Positions 9,320-18,381 of a DNA stretch of 60,364 nt are shown piece after piece. Where the stretch lies: positions 1-60,364 of the forward strand of contig JAWODC010000051.1 in assembly GCA_046483495.1 (NCBI GenBank), read 5' to 3'. The notes under the pieces were generated by a model. That model was not told the origin of the DNA, made no database searches, and worked only from the letters and a program-made list of their open reading frames with translations. Each line of letters starts with the position of its first letter. The stretch's first letter is position 1. This stretch comes from Desulfobacterales bacterium (lineage in GTDB: Bacteria > Desulfobacterota > Desulfobacteria > Desulfobacterales > UBA5616). The position numbers were made by a program, and so were the translations under genes.

Positions 9320-10482
9320 GACAGGTGGTGGAAGGAAGCCATGCCGTATCCGAAGCCGTTCGGTTGGCCGGTGTCCGCGTGGTATCGGCATACCCGATTA
9401 CGCCGCAGACGCACATCGTGGAAGCGCTGTCCGAATACTGCGCCGCAGGAAAAATGGATGCGCGGTTTATCTGTGTTGAAAGTGAACATTCGGCCATGGC
9501 CGCCGCCATTGGGGCGGCCACCGGTGGCGTAAGAACATTTACGGCAACGTCTTCACAGGGCCTGGCTTACATGCACGAGCTGCTGCACTGGGCGTCTGCG
9601 GCACGCCTGCCGATCGTTATGGCCGAAGTGAATCGAGCGCTTGCGCCCGGATGGAACATCTGGACCGATCAGACCGACAGCCTGGCACAGCGGGACACCG
9701 GATGGATTCAGCTGTATTGCGAGAATGGCCAGGAAGTACTGGATACGACACTCATGGCTTTCCGGCTGGCCGAACGGGTGCGTTTGCCGGTCATGGTGGT
9801 GCTGGATGCCTTTTTTCTTTCCCACACCTATGAACCGGTCGATATCCCGGACCAGGACACCGTGGACCGGTTTTTGCCGGCGCTCGAACCCCGCGGTGAA
9901 ATGGATGTCGATTATCCGGCCAATATCAGCCAAATGTCACCGCCTGCCGTTTACATGGAAATGCGGCATGCGATCGAAAAATCGATGGCGTGCGTACCGG
10001 CGTATTTTTCAAAGGTCGAGGAGGAATTTCAAACCCTGTTCGGCCGAAGATACGGGTTGTTGGAACCGTTTTTTTGTGAAGATGCCGACGTGATTCTCCT
10101 GGCGACGGGTACGAATGCCGGTAATTGCCGTCATGCCGTCGGCGCGCTTCGTCGAAACGGCGAGAAAGCCGGCCTTGTTAAACTCAAAATGTTCAGGCCG
10201 TTTCCAGGAGATGCCCTTCGAAGGGCGCTCAAACACAGCCGAAAAATCGCCGTTATCGACCGGAACTGCTCATTCGGCGTCGGCGGCATTTTTGCCCAGG
10301 AGCTCAAAGCCGCTCTGTATCGCCCGGATCATTGTCCCGAAATCTACAGCTACATCGCCGGCTTGGGCGGAAGAGACATTACCCCGGAAACCATCGAATC
10401 GATTTACCGCATGACGAAAGAGGGTCAAGGGCCCTTCGATCAGAGTGTCTGGATAGGATCGGGCCTCGAGAGGATGATATAA
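9316..10482 (+). CDS. 2-oxoacid:acceptor oxidoreductase alpha subunit (PorA-like)
   Basis: AYPITPQT, VESEHSAM and TATSSQGL motifs; ATG overlaps the upstream TGA, with a GGAGGAG RBS. Confidence 0.93.
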   Translation: MRQVVEGSHAVSEAVRLAGVRVVSAYPITPQTHIVEALSEYCAAGKMDARFICVESEHSAMAAAIGAATGGVRTFTATSSQGLAYMHELLHWASAARLPIVMAEVNRALAPGWNIWTDQTDSLAQRDTGWIQLYCENGQEVLDTTLMAFRLAERVRLPVMVVLDAFFLSHTYEPVDIPDQDTVDRFLPALEPRGEMDVDYPANISQMSPPAVYMEMRHAIEKSMACVPAYFSKVEEEFQTLFGRRYGLLEPFFCEDADVILLATGTNAGNCRHAVGALRRNGEKAGLVKLKMFRPFPGDALRRALKHSRKIAVIDRNCSFGVGGIFAQELKAALYRPDHCPEIYSYIAGLGGRDITPETIESIYRMTKEGQGPFDQSVWIGSGLERMI

Positions 10483-10559
10483 CAGGCGGCCTGAATCGAT
10501 TGCGTCGTGATGGATTGATGGGCGTTTTGTGATTGAAACATCATTAACGAAGAGCTTTT

Positions 10560-11483
10560 ATGTGTGCCGTAAATACAACGCAAGCAGATTACATGTATTC
10601 CGGTCACGTGGCGTGTCCCGGTTGCGGGGCGGTGATCGCGATGAAGTTCGCGTTAAGCGCCATGGGGCCCAAAACCGCCATTGTCATGCCGGCTTGCTGC
10701 TGGGGAGTCATCTCGGGTTCGTATCCGCAGACCGCGCTGAAAGTTCCCGTCATGCACACGGCCTTTGCCTCGGCCGGAGCCACCGCCGCCGGTCTCCGGG
10801 CGGCGCTGGATGCACGGGGGCAACGCGATACGGCGGTGATGGTCTGGGCCGGTGACGGGGGAACATTCGACATCGGTCTGCAGGCCTTGAGCGGAGCCGT
10901 GGAGCGCAATGAAGATTTCATCTATGTCTGCTATGACAACGAGGCATACATGAATACGGGTGTTCAGAGAAGCTCCGCCACCCCGTTCGGCATGCGAACC
11001 ACCACAACGCCGGGAGAGGGTTGGAAAAAAGACCGCAAGAAGAATATCATGGAGATCATGGCGGCGCACGGCATTCCCTATGCCGCGACGGCCGATATCG
11101 CCTTTCCGGAGGATATGATCCGGAAATTTAAAAAGGCCAGGGATCTAAAAGGCGGCTCCCGCTTTATCCATGTTTTTGCAGCATGCCCTACGGGATGGAA
11201 GTTTCCCAGTGACAGGACAATCGCGTTTTCACGCCTGGCCGTAAAGACGAACATCTTTCCTTTGTATGAGATCGAAGGGGGCGTACGCTATACGCTCAAT
11301 TACAGGGGCGGTCTTCCGGTGAAATCGTATCTGAAGGGCCAGGGGAGGTTTGCTCATCTCACGGATGAGGATGTCCGGCATATTCAGCGCATGGTGGATG
11401 AGCAGTGGGATGCGCTGATGCAAAAAATAATGAGTGCCCATCCAGAAATGGCTGATTCGCTCCATTTCGGCATTGGCCGGTAA
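10560..11483 (+). CDS. 2-oxoacid:acceptor oxidoreductase beta subunit (TPP-binding, PorB-like)
   Basis: GHVACPGCG, GDGGTFDIG...YDNEAYMNTGVQ and CPTGW motifs. Confidence 0.93.
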   Translation: MCAVNTTQADYMYSGHVACPGCGAVIAMKFALSAMGPKTAIVMPACCWGVISGSYPQTALKVPVMHTAFASAGATAAGLRAALDARGQRDTAVMVWAGDGGTFDIGLQALSGAVERNEDFIYVCYDNEAYMNTGVQRSSATPFGMRTTTTPGEGWKKDRKKNIMEIMAAHGIPYAATADIAFPEDMIRKFKKARDLKGGSRFIHVFAACPTGWKFPSDRTIAFSRLAVKTNIFPLYEIEGGVRYTLNYRGGLPVKSYLKGQGRFAHLTDEDVRHIQRMVDEQWDALMQKIMSAHPEMADSLHFGIGR

Positions 11484-11576
11484 ATTTTAATCCTCAAAAT
11501 ACTCAATGTATTCCTGCGGTTAAAATTTTCGACCGCCTTGAACCGAATCGAATTTTCTCATTTCTGGATGGACACT
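11433..11576 (+). repeat. ~143 bp palindromic dispersed element, copy 2 (subtype B)
   Basis: AGTGCCCATCCAGAAAT...ATCCTCAAAATACTCAATGTATTCCTGCGGTT...CCGCCTTGAAC...ATTTCTGGATGGACACT. Confidence 0.9.
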
Positions 11577-11602
11577 ATATAAACCGAAGACAAGGAGAGA
11601 TA

Positions 11603-12361
11603 ATGGATCTGACGTATTTGCAGTATACAGTCGAGCACAAAACGGCAAAGGTGGTTATTCACAGACCTGATAAACGAAACGCCCTTTCTCCCGAGGTGCT
11701 GGAAGAAATCGCCGCGGTTTTCGAGCACATCAGCATGCGCGACGGTATCCATGTCGTGGTGTTCACCGGTGGAGAGAAATACTTCTCGGCGGGGTTTGAC
11801 CTGAACTTTATACGGACCATTCAGAAGGAAACCAATGGTTCTTTTATCGATCTTTTTCACCGGGCCTACCGTTCGATTCTTTTCTGTCGACAGCCGGTGA
11901 TTGCCGCAATCGGCGGGCCGGCGATCGCCGGAGGGTTCGATCTCACGATGATGTGCGACATTCGGTATGCTTCGGAAAGGGCCAAATTCGGTCAGCGGGA
12001 AATCGTACTTTCGCTTACGCCCATTCTGGACCCCTTGTGGCGCATCATCGGGCTCGGCAGGGCCAAGGAAGTCGCGTTGACCGGGCGCATCTACGATGCG
12101 GCCGAGGCGGAGAAAATGGGCTATGTGAGCAAGGTTTTCCCCGAAGGACAACTCGTCGATTCGGTCATGGAAATCGCCTTGAACATGGCCGCTTTTGACC
12201 GGGAAGTGCTTCAGGAAACCAAACAGTTGGGCCATACACTGCTCAACCAGGGTCTTGACGGGGCCATGAAGATACAGGAATGGCTGTTTAGAACCTACAT
12301 GGGCACCGACGAAAATCACCAACGGATCGATGCCCTTCTGGAGAGCCTGAAAAAGCGGTGA
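11603..12361 (+). CDS. Enoyl-CoA hydratase/isomerase (crotonase) family protein
   Basis: RPDKRNALS, FSAGFDL, AIAGGFDL..MCD and FGQRE motifs. Confidence 0.92.
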   Translation: MDLTYLQYTVEHKTAKVVIHRPDKRNALSPEVLEEIAAVFEHISMRDGIHVVVFTGGEKYFSAGFDLNFIRTIQKETNGSFIDLFHRAYRSILFCRQPVIAAIGGPAIAGGFDLTMMCDIRYASERAKFGQREIVLSLTPILDPLWRIIGLGRAKEVALTGRIYDAAEAEKMGYVSKVFPEGQLVDSVMEIALNMAAFDREVLQETKQLGHTLLNQGLDGAMKIQEWLFRTYMGTDENHQRIDALLESLKKR

Positions 12362-12494
12362 ACCGGACCGGTTAAAAAAGACCGGCAACACGTCTGCGGA
12401 AAATTAATTTGTTGTTTTCCATTATCAAATTTCTTATGAAAAAGAATGCCCATATCGATTCTTCAATTTCAATTCCACAACTAAGGAGGCGTAA

Positions 12495-13463
12495 ATGTTT
12501 AAAACACGTTTTACCGAATTGCTGGGTGTTCAACACCCCATTCAATGCGGAACCATGATGAATTTGAGCAACGCCGATTTTGTCGCGGCATGTGCTGAGG
12601 CCGGCATTTTTGCGTGCCTTGCGTCGGCCATGTATCCGGATGAAAAAACGCTGGTGGAAGCACTCGCCAGGCTGAAGAGTTTAACGGATAAACCCTGGGG
12701 TGTGAATGTGTCGCTGTTTCCCGGCCATGACGCGCGGACGGTTGACGTAACCCTGGACATTCTTGCCGATCAGAACGTTAAAATCATCGAAACCGCGGGA
12801 AGGAGCCCTCAGCCCCACCTGGAAAAAATCAGGGGCATGGGCGCCAAACATATTCACAAATGTGCCAGGCTGCGGGACGCCGTAAAAGTCGACAACCTGG
12901 GGATCGATATCGTTTCCCTGGTCGGCGCGGAGTGCGGAGGGCACCCCGGAATGGAAGAAATCAGTACACTGGTTCTTATCAGCGAGGCGGCGGGCCATCT
13001 GAAACAGCCCCTTGTGGCCGGAGGCGGCTTTTGCGATGGAAGATCCATGGTGGCGGGCTTGGCCATGGGCGCCGATGGCGTCATCATGGGGAGCCGGTTT
13101 CTGAATACAACGGAATGCCCCGTTCATGAATCGATCAAGGACAAGATCATCGCCGCCCAGATGACGGACACCATGGTGATTCAGAAGTCCATCGGCAGCC
13201 CCATCCGGGTGTACAGGAACGAGTGGGCGCAAAAAATCGAGGAAATGGAAAACAAAGGTGCTTCCCTGGAAGAACTGCTTCCGTATATCACCAGTCAAAA
13301 AGCGGCGACTGCCTGGGTGGACGGGGGGGAAGATGCCGTATTCCCATGTGGCCAGGTGATCGGACGGACCAAGGAAAACCTGTCGATCAAGGAACTGGTA
13401 TCCGATATCATGTCCGAAGCCGAGGAAAGTGCAAAACGGATTCACCAGATTTCAGGGGTTTAA
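12495..13463 (+). CDS. Nitronate monooxygenase/FabK-like flavin oxidoreductase
   Basis: KTRFTELLGVQHPI, ECGGHPG, AGGGFCDG and GADGVIMGSRF motifs. Confidence 0.88.
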   Translation: MFKTRFTELLGVQHPIQCGTMMNLSNADFVAACAEAGIFACLASAMYPDEKTLVEALARLKSLTDKPWGVNVSLFPGHDARTVDVTLDILADQNVKIIETAGRSPQPHLEKIRGMGAKHIHKCARLRDAVKVDNLGIDIVSLVGAECGGHPGMEEISTLVLISEAAGHLKQPLVAGGGFCDGRSMVAGLAMGADGVIMGSRFLNTTECPVHESIKDKIIAAQMTDTMVIQKSIGSPIRVYRNEWAQKIEEMENKGASLEELLPYITSQKAATAWVDGGEDAVFPCGQVIGRTKENLSIKELVSDIMSEAEESAKRIHQISGV

Positions 13464-13539
13464 GCCGACATGATCGCCCGAAACATTTGCGGCCGAACTA
13501 ACGATTGAATGAATTTGCCGTCGAGTGGTTTCTATTCGT

Positions 13540-13570
13540 GCCCCCTTCCTCAGAAGGGGGCTTGCTTTTT
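13540..13570 (+). terminator. Rho-independent terminator
   Basis: GCCCCCTTC-CTCA-GAAGGGGGC stem-loop followed by TTGCTTTTT. Confidence 0.65.
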
Positions 13571-13617
13571 ATGCCCTAGGCTCTATCGATTCGGACCCGT
13601 CGGGAGAATGAGAAAAG

Positions 13618-14103
13618 ATGAACATTTTTATTCTCGATACGGATATTCGAAAGTGCGCGCGGTACCATGCGGATCAGCACGTGATTAAAATGGTTCTTGA
13701 GAGCACGCAGATGCTGTGCACGGTGATCAACGAAAACGGTGGAGCAGCTCCATACAAATCCACACACGTAAGGCACCCCTGCACGAGGTGGGCAGGCCGG
13801 TCGCTTTCGAACTGGTTGTGGCTGCGTCGTCTTGCACTTGCGCTAAATGATGAATATCGTTATCGCTTCTGTGCGGTTTCGGATCATGATTCGGCACGGG
13901 TTGCCCGAGATCTCGACCCGCCGAAGATCGAAGATTGCGGGATTACGGCATTTGCACAAGCCATGCCGGACCGGTACAAGGTATCGAATGATGCCGTGGC
14001 GGCATACCGCCGTTTCTACATCTGTGAGAAAGGAAGATTTGCAAAATGGACCCGACGCAGGAAGCCGAAATGGTTTGTGGAAGGCGTACATCGCGACCAT
14101 TAG
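13618..14103 (+). CDS. Pyrimidine dimer DNA glycosylase/endonuclease V-like protein
   Basis: MNIFILD...HADQHVIKMVLESTQML, YKSTH..HPCTRW, QAMPD.YK and AYRRFY signature segments. Confidence 0.8.
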   Translation: MNIFILDTDIRKCARYHADQHVIKMVLESTQMLCTVINENGGAAPYKSTHVRHPCTRWAGRSLSNWLWLRRLALALNDEYRYRFCAVSDHDSARVARDLDPPKIEDCGITAFAQAMPDRYKVSNDAVAAYRRFYICEKGRFAKWTRRRKPKWFVEGVHRDH

Positions 14104-14186
14104 ACGACCGTTGCTGTTGATGCTGCATGGCGTTTCACGGCCTGTATCGGCAGGCGGTCCGGTTTGTCGATATGCGAATAAAAATT

Positions 14187-14915
14187 TCAGGCGCCGTAGC
14201 CCACCGGCATGATTAATACCGGCTCATGAGCTTCGGGCGTTTGCAGAATCCGGGTGACCGCCCGATCGTTAAACGCCCCCACGATCCCGGCTTTCAAACC
14301 CACTGCCTCCGCCTGAAGAAAGAGATTTTGGCTGACATTTCCGGCTTCCATGTGGGCATACCGAATACCGCGGTTTCCATATTTGCCTGTAATTCGGGAA
14401 TATTCAGCAGTGATGATAACATTGACCGGAGCCCGTGCCATCCACATCTGGTGAAGGGCCGCTTCCGCCAGCTCTTTTCTGACATCCGAGCCGGTGATTT
14501 TATGGATGCCGTGTGAGGCCGGATCATACCGGTAAACGCCGGCTTCCATCCCGTTAACACTGCCGGAGCCGACAGCGGCATAGATATCGAGAGGATACAG
14601 GGCTCCTGCCGAAGGCGCCGCCCGCTTAAATCCGCCGGTTTCGGTAATCCCCTGTGCCGACCAAAGCAGTTGGGAAAGGTCTTCCGTCGAGATGGCTCTT
14701 TCACTATCGAAGGACCTCACCGTACGACGGCTTTGAATCGTATGCTCCAGTGAAACAGGGCCATCCGTTCTTGGCGCGGGAAGTTTCATGGCTTCCTCCT
14801 GTACACGACCGGCGCGGCTTCTGCCGGGTTTTACGAAAAGCGGAAAAGTAAGCAGACTCCCCCACATTCCCGCAATGGAATGCAGAAACTTACGGCGTGA
14901 AAAATAACCGTTCAT
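14187..14915 (-). CDS. SagB/ThcOx-family nitroreductase-like flavoprotein, possible Tat signal peptide
   Basis: RRTVRSF, RAAPSAGALYPL, KYGNRGIRY..MEAG..SQNL and VGAFND motifs; N-terminal SRRKFL; alternative start at 14789. Confidence 0.88.
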   Translation of the reverse strand: MNGYFSRRKFLHSIAGMWGSLLTFPLFVKPGRSRAGRVQEEAMKLPAPRTDGPVSLEHTIQSRRTVRSFDSERAISTEDLSQLLWSAQGITETGGFKRAAPSAGALYPLDIYAAVGSGSVNGMEAGVYRYDPASHGIHKITGSDVRKELAEAALHQMWMARAPVNVIITAEYSRITGKYGNRGIRYAHMEAGNVSQNLFLQAEAVGLKAGIVGAFNDRAVTRILQTPEAHEPVLIMPVGYGA

Positions 14916-14989
14916 AGGATCATTCCTCACATTGAAAGCATCGACCTGCAAAGCAGAAAATGGTTGAAACCTATACGCGCAACGGCTTC

Positions 14990-15415
14990 CTAAGGCATGG
15001 CTGAATGATTTTGCTTGTATTCATGTAATGCCTTGTGCAAGGTTTTAACCGCCAATTGAATGCAGTGGTGCTTCTCTTCCGGAATTTCCTCCAGCATGTA
15101 AAACACTTCGCTGTCACCAATGGTTTCAGCACAATCCAGGGGTTTTCCCTTGATCAGATCGACAACGGCCATTGCTGCGGACACGGCGCCGATGCAGCCC
15201 ATGACGTCGTATTTTGCGTCGGTTATCAGGCCGTCTTTGACTTCAAGATAGATTTCCATGGTATCACCGCAGGTGCCGGTCATCCCCGAGACCTGGTCGG
15301 CATTGGGGAGGATTCCCATGTGAGGCTTCAATGCATAATAATCGATGGCTTTTTCAGAGAAACCCGAACCGTTGTACATGATTCGAATGGCCGTTTCAGT
15401 CGTTTTTCGCTCCAT
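14990..15415 (-). CDS. IscU/NifU N-terminal-like Fe-S cluster scaffold
   Basis: Three conserved Cys in GTCGDTM, GCIGAVSA and KHHCIQLA. Confidence 0.88.
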   Translation of the reverse strand: MERKTTETAIRIMYNGSGFSEKAIDYYALKPHMGILPNADQVSGMTGTCGDTMEIYLEVKDGLITDAKYDVMGCIGAVSAAMAVVDLIKGKPLDCAETIGDSEVFYMLEEIPEEKHHCIQLAVKTLHKALHEYKQNHSAMP

Positions 15416-15610
15416 TATCGTTTCCTTTTCCGGAGGAGAATCAAGTTGTCAAAAAGCAGTTTGCCACTGCATTTTTCGGAATATAGGCGCTAATATTCAG
15501 GGTGTCAAGCATTCCGCGTCGGCTGATGATATCGGTAATCATAGGCGCTCCCCGCACTTGCCGGGTGCTGTAAAAAAGCCGTTGCTTTGAATAAGCACCG
15601 GCGGTATTAC

Positions 15611-15673
15611 GGTGAACAGTGAACAGTGAATATTGGTTAGTGAATGTTGAATAGTGAACAGTGAATGGTGAAC
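15611..15673 (+). repeat. Degenerate heptamer tandem repeat (RGTGAAY)x9
   Basis: ggtgaac agtgaac agtgaat attggtt agtgaat gttgaat agtgaac agtgaat ggtgaac, in exact 7-bp phase. Confidence 0.85.
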
Positions 15674-15686
15674 GGTTTAAAAAGCT

Positions 15687-16988
15687 ATGAAAAAAAACTG
15701 GATAACGGCGATGGCGGCCGATTCCGAAGGCGGCATTTTTGACGTCGATGGTTATGCGGCGGTGGGAATGGCCGGGCCGAAATTGGTGCCGCTGACACGA
15801 AAAGACACCATTGCCATGCCGCACGGCGGGGAATTGATGCTGCTGCCGGGCCGGCGGCCGATCGTGTATCATATTTCAGAACAATGCTTCGAAGTGCTCC
15901 ATCAAAACCCGTTTGCACCGGATGAACCGATATATCCGGTGGCGGTGTTCAATTCTCCCGGCTATTTCAACACCTATGTAACGGCATACGAGGAGTCGGC
16001 GTCTGCATCGTTTTTGCCGCTTTTTTCCTACGGTGCCGTGGGGTGGTCGGGGAATCGCTTCAGGACACCGCTTGTCCTGGTGGATAAAGAGCCCCGGCAG
16101 GATTTGAGGTTTATGGATACCGAGGACGTGAAGCGGGGCATCGAGGCAATCAGGCGGGAGATGCCGAAAAACAGGCTGCGACACCATCTGGAAACATGTG
16201 CACTGACCTACGGCTGCCCGGCGGGCAAGAATTTTTTTCTGGGCCGCTACGAGGCGCCGCTGCCGACCGCTGCGACATGCAATGCGGGCTGCCTGGGATG
16301 CATATCGCTTCAGGATCATCCTGAAATTCAATGCAGTCAGAAGCGCATCGATTTTACGCCCGATCCGGAGGAAATCGCCGAAGTGGCCCTGTACCACATT
16401 AAACGCGTGAAGCGCGCGGTGGTAAGCTTCGGTCAAGGATGCGAGGGAGACCCGCTTATGGCGGCCCATGTGATCGAACCGGCCATCCGTTCGATCCGAA
16501 AGGCCACCTCGGAGGGGACGATCAATATGAATACCAACGGCGGTAAACCCGATCGTGTGATGAAGCTTTTCGATGCCGGACTGGACAGCATTCGAATCAG
16601 TCTGAACAGCCTCAGGCAAATCTGCTATGACGGCTACTTCAGGCCTCGCGGCTATCGATTCGATGACGTGCTCGACAGCATCGGCCTGGCCCTGGCCGGG
16701 GGCAAGTTCGTTTCCATCAATTATTTCAACTGCCCCGGGTTTACGGACACGCCACAGGAATATGAGGCCATGCGGCGTTTTTTAACGGCATATCCCATTC
16801 ACATGATCCAGTGGCGAAACCTGAATTTCGATCCCAAGCGGTACTGGAACATTATGGATGCATTGACCCCCCATGGGATGCCGTTGGGCATGAAAAAAAT
16901 ATTCAATCGGATACGGCGCGAATTCCCCGAAGTCCGGCATGGGTATTTCAACCCGCCAAAGGAAACATTTTTAAAAAAGTATGAGTAA
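15687..16988 (+). CDS. Radical SAM protein of unknown function
   Basis: CNAGCLGC (CxxxCxxC), SFGQGCEGDP and NMNTNG motifs. Confidence 0.9.
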   Translation: MKKNWITAMAADSEGGIFDVDGYAAVGMAGPKLVPLTRKDTIAMPHGGELMLLPGRRPIVYHISEQCFEVLHQNPFAPDEPIYPVAVFNSPGYFNTYVTAYEESASASFLPLFSYGAVGWSGNRFRTPLVLVDKEPRQDLRFMDTEDVKRGIEAIRREMPKNRLRHHLETCALTYGCPAGKNFFLGRYEAPLPTAATCNAGCLGCISLQDHPEIQCSQKRIDFTPDPEEIAEVALYHIKRVKRAVVSFGQGCEGDPLMAAHVIEPAIRSIRKATSEGTINMNTNGGKPDRVMKLFDAGLDSIRISLNSLRQICYDGYFRPRGYRFDDVLDSIGLALAGGKFVSINYFNCPGFTDTPQEYEAMRRFLTAYPIHMIQWRNLNFDPKRYWNIMDALTPHGMPLGMKKIFNRIRREFPEVRHGYFNPPKETFLKKYE

Positions 16989-17068
16989 TCGCAATTGCGT
17001 TCGGAAAAGAGTACTCGCCGATATTGGGCCTGAGGGGAAATCGTGAAACCGGGATTACCGGGGTTCAT

Positions 17069-17989
17069 GTGAGATATGTTGAAACAAGGGTGGTGATTTA
17101 CGGTGAAAATCCGGCGCGATTGCTGGAAACGGTAGCCGACGTGTTTTCCGATTTCGGGCTTCAGGGCGTCGTTATCGAAGATCCGGGGCTGACGCCTGAG
17201 GAGGGGTGGGGGGAAGATGCGGTCGCCCTTCCTGAACATTACGGCGTCATCGGGTATTTTCCCAAAGATGCAATGCTCGTGGAAAAATGCCGGCGACTTG
17301 AACGTAAAATGCTGCAGCTGAAGCGGGAATCCGGATGTGACTTCCGAACACTTTACCGGGAGATCGACGAAGAAGACTGGGCGCACGCCTGGAAAACGTT
17401 CTTTTTTCCGCAACGCATCACGGATCGTATTCTCATCAAGCCCACCTGGCGTCATGTGGATGCGGAGCCGGCGGATATCATCATCGAAATTGATCCGGGA
17501 ATGGCGTTCGGCACCGGTCTCCATCCTACAACCGCCACCTGCCTCGAAATGATCCAATCCTTTCTCACACCCCAAGACCGTATGCTGGACGTGGGAACGG
17601 GATCCGGCATTCTGATGATCGCAGCCGCAGCACTTGGGGCGTCCTATGTACATGGAGTGGACATCGACCCGTTTGCAGTTGAAGTCGCCCGTAAAAATAT
17701 GATGATTAACCGTATCGACCCGAAGCGTTTCGCGCTTCATGTCGGTCGATTGACAAAAGGCGTCCGCGGCCGATTCGATCTTGTTGCGGCAAATATTCTA
17801 TCGGAGGTCGTTCTCACGCTGCTGGACGATATTCACGACGTGCTGGAAAGAGACGGCATTTTGATCGCCGCCGGCATCATCGAAAAAAACGAGGCACAGG
17901 TGATTGAAAAAATGGCTGCCGAACGATTTGAAATCCGACAAGTGAAACGAAAAGAAGGTTGGTCGACAATCGTCGGAAAATGTGCCTGA
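17069..17989 (+). CDS. prmA: 50S ribosomal protein L11 methyltransferase
   Basis: EEDWAHAWK, IDPGMAFGTGLHPTT, LDVGTGSGIL and AANI motifs; start uncertain (GTG at 17069 chosen). Confidence 0.92.
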   Translation: MRYVETRVVIYGENPARLLETVADVFSDFGLQGVVIEDPGLTPEEGWGEDAVALPEHYGVIGYFPKDAMLVEKCRRLERKMLQLKRESGCDFRTLYREIDEEDWAHAWKTFFFPQRITDRILIKPTWRHVDAEPADIIIEIDPGMAFGTGLHPTTATCLEMIQSFLTPQDRMLDVGTGSGILMIAAAALGASYVHGVDIDPFAVEVARKNMMINRIDPKRFALHVGRLTKGVRGRFDLVAANILSEVVLTLLDDIHDVLERDGILIAAGIIEKNEAQVIEKMAAERFEIRQVKRKEGWSTIVGKCA

Positions 17990-18001
17990 TGAATTCCGTC
18001 A

Positions 18002-18165
18002 GGTCCGTTAGCCGCCGAATGCATTACAGCTTTCGTCTGCTTGCTTTGGACATTGAATTGGACCTGGATGCCGGCGCGGATCGAAGCGTATTCGATGCCG
18101 TCGCAAACGGACATATTATCGAATCGGCGGAGCTTGCCTGTATGCATGAGCGGCCGTCCGCTTGA
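18002..18165 (+). pseudogene. C-terminal remnant of a YbhB/YbcL (PEBP/RKIP-like) gene
   Basis: HYSFRLLALDIELDLDAGADRSVFDAVANGHIIESAELACMHER resembles the family C-terminal pattern HxYxFxLyALD.xL.L..GA...GHIL..AEL...YER; the N-terminal part is absent. Confidence 0.6.
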
Positions 18166-18193
18166 TTTCAATCTGAAGCCCCGGGTGATCTAA

Positions 18194-18361
18194 ATGGCGA
18201 AATCGAAGCATTCCACAGTTAAAAAAATTCTGGAAAAGTACGGACAGACCTTCAACCGGGAGATTGGAATCCACATTGAGCGAAACACGCCGTCACCTCT
18301 TTTCCGCCTGCTGGTTTTTGCACTGCTTTCCAGCACGCGGAATCCGCCGAACATGCAGTAA
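18194..18361 (+). pseudogene. Truncated N-terminus of an HhH/endonuclease III-like protein
   Basis: 55-aa ORF missing from the track: MAKSKHSTVKKILEKYGQTFNREIGIHIERNTPSPLFRLLVFALLSSTR..., matching the G.T...E.GI....TPSPLF.LL....L.S.R N-terminus and then stopping abruptly. Confidence 0.55.
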
Positions 18362-18381
18362 CCTTTTAGCCCTGCTTTCCA

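Noticed and set aside
15572..15602. AAAAGCCGTTGC match to the tRNA terminator
   Set aside because: Only 12 bp and a different hairpin; probably chance or an unrelated terminator.
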